A stretch of DNA of 63,941 bases, counting the filler, from Reclinomonas americana ATCC 50394 (Eukaryota): NCBI GenBank assembly GCA_048213135.1. It is 15 parts of 15 records of this genome, joined end to end, with 100 filler letters (N's around TTAATTAATTAA, not from the genome) between each part and the next. Parts side by side here need not be neighbours in the genome. Positions count along the whole stretch, not along the records: positions 60,944 to 63,941 come from AFZH01019028.1; 14 more parts are not named here. One strand, given 5' to 3'. The notes beneath the pieces were generated by a model that saw only the letters and a program-made list of their open reading frames with translations, searched no databases and was not told the DNA's origin. A program made the translations under genes and the position numbers. Below, piece by piece: positions 63,895 to 63,941 of this stretch; the stretch's first letter is position 1, and each line of letters begins with the position of its first letter.

Positions 63895-63941
63895 CTCCTC
63901 TCTCTCTCTCTCCTCCTCCTCTCCTCTCCTCTCCTCTCCTC

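Overview
Eukaryotic scaffold, GC-rich, gene-dense and rich in short (about 55-130 nt) GT-AG introns. It is probably from a flagellated protist (it encodes LRRC56/ODA8). Fourteen artificial 100-bp linkers (44 N + TTAATTAATTAA + 44 N) mark gaps, and several genes read across them. Bases 1-12.9 kb are accessory: a tandem array of about 3.3-3.8 kb units, each with a WD40 gene of near-identical repeats, hypervariable surface positions and a SOCS-box-like tail. At the left end the array abuts, and may be spliced to, a gene resembling the N-terminal domain of a tyrosine recombinase. The rest holds recognisable housekeeping genes (ORC4, DNA primase large subunit, POP7, LRRC56, NDUFA12, aspartic protease, tRNA-Leu(CAA), PQ-loop transporter, PP4R3, TLC protein, M14 carboxypeptidase, EXD3/MUT-7, VPS26). 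It also holds unusual items: three clustered two-exon microprotein genes sharing a YxSWEQ[IVT]PT motif, two intronless Cys-rich F-box paralogs, and an F-box protein with apparent tandem ClpS-like domains. All gene models were spliced by eye and all family assignments come from recalled motifs; no searches were run.
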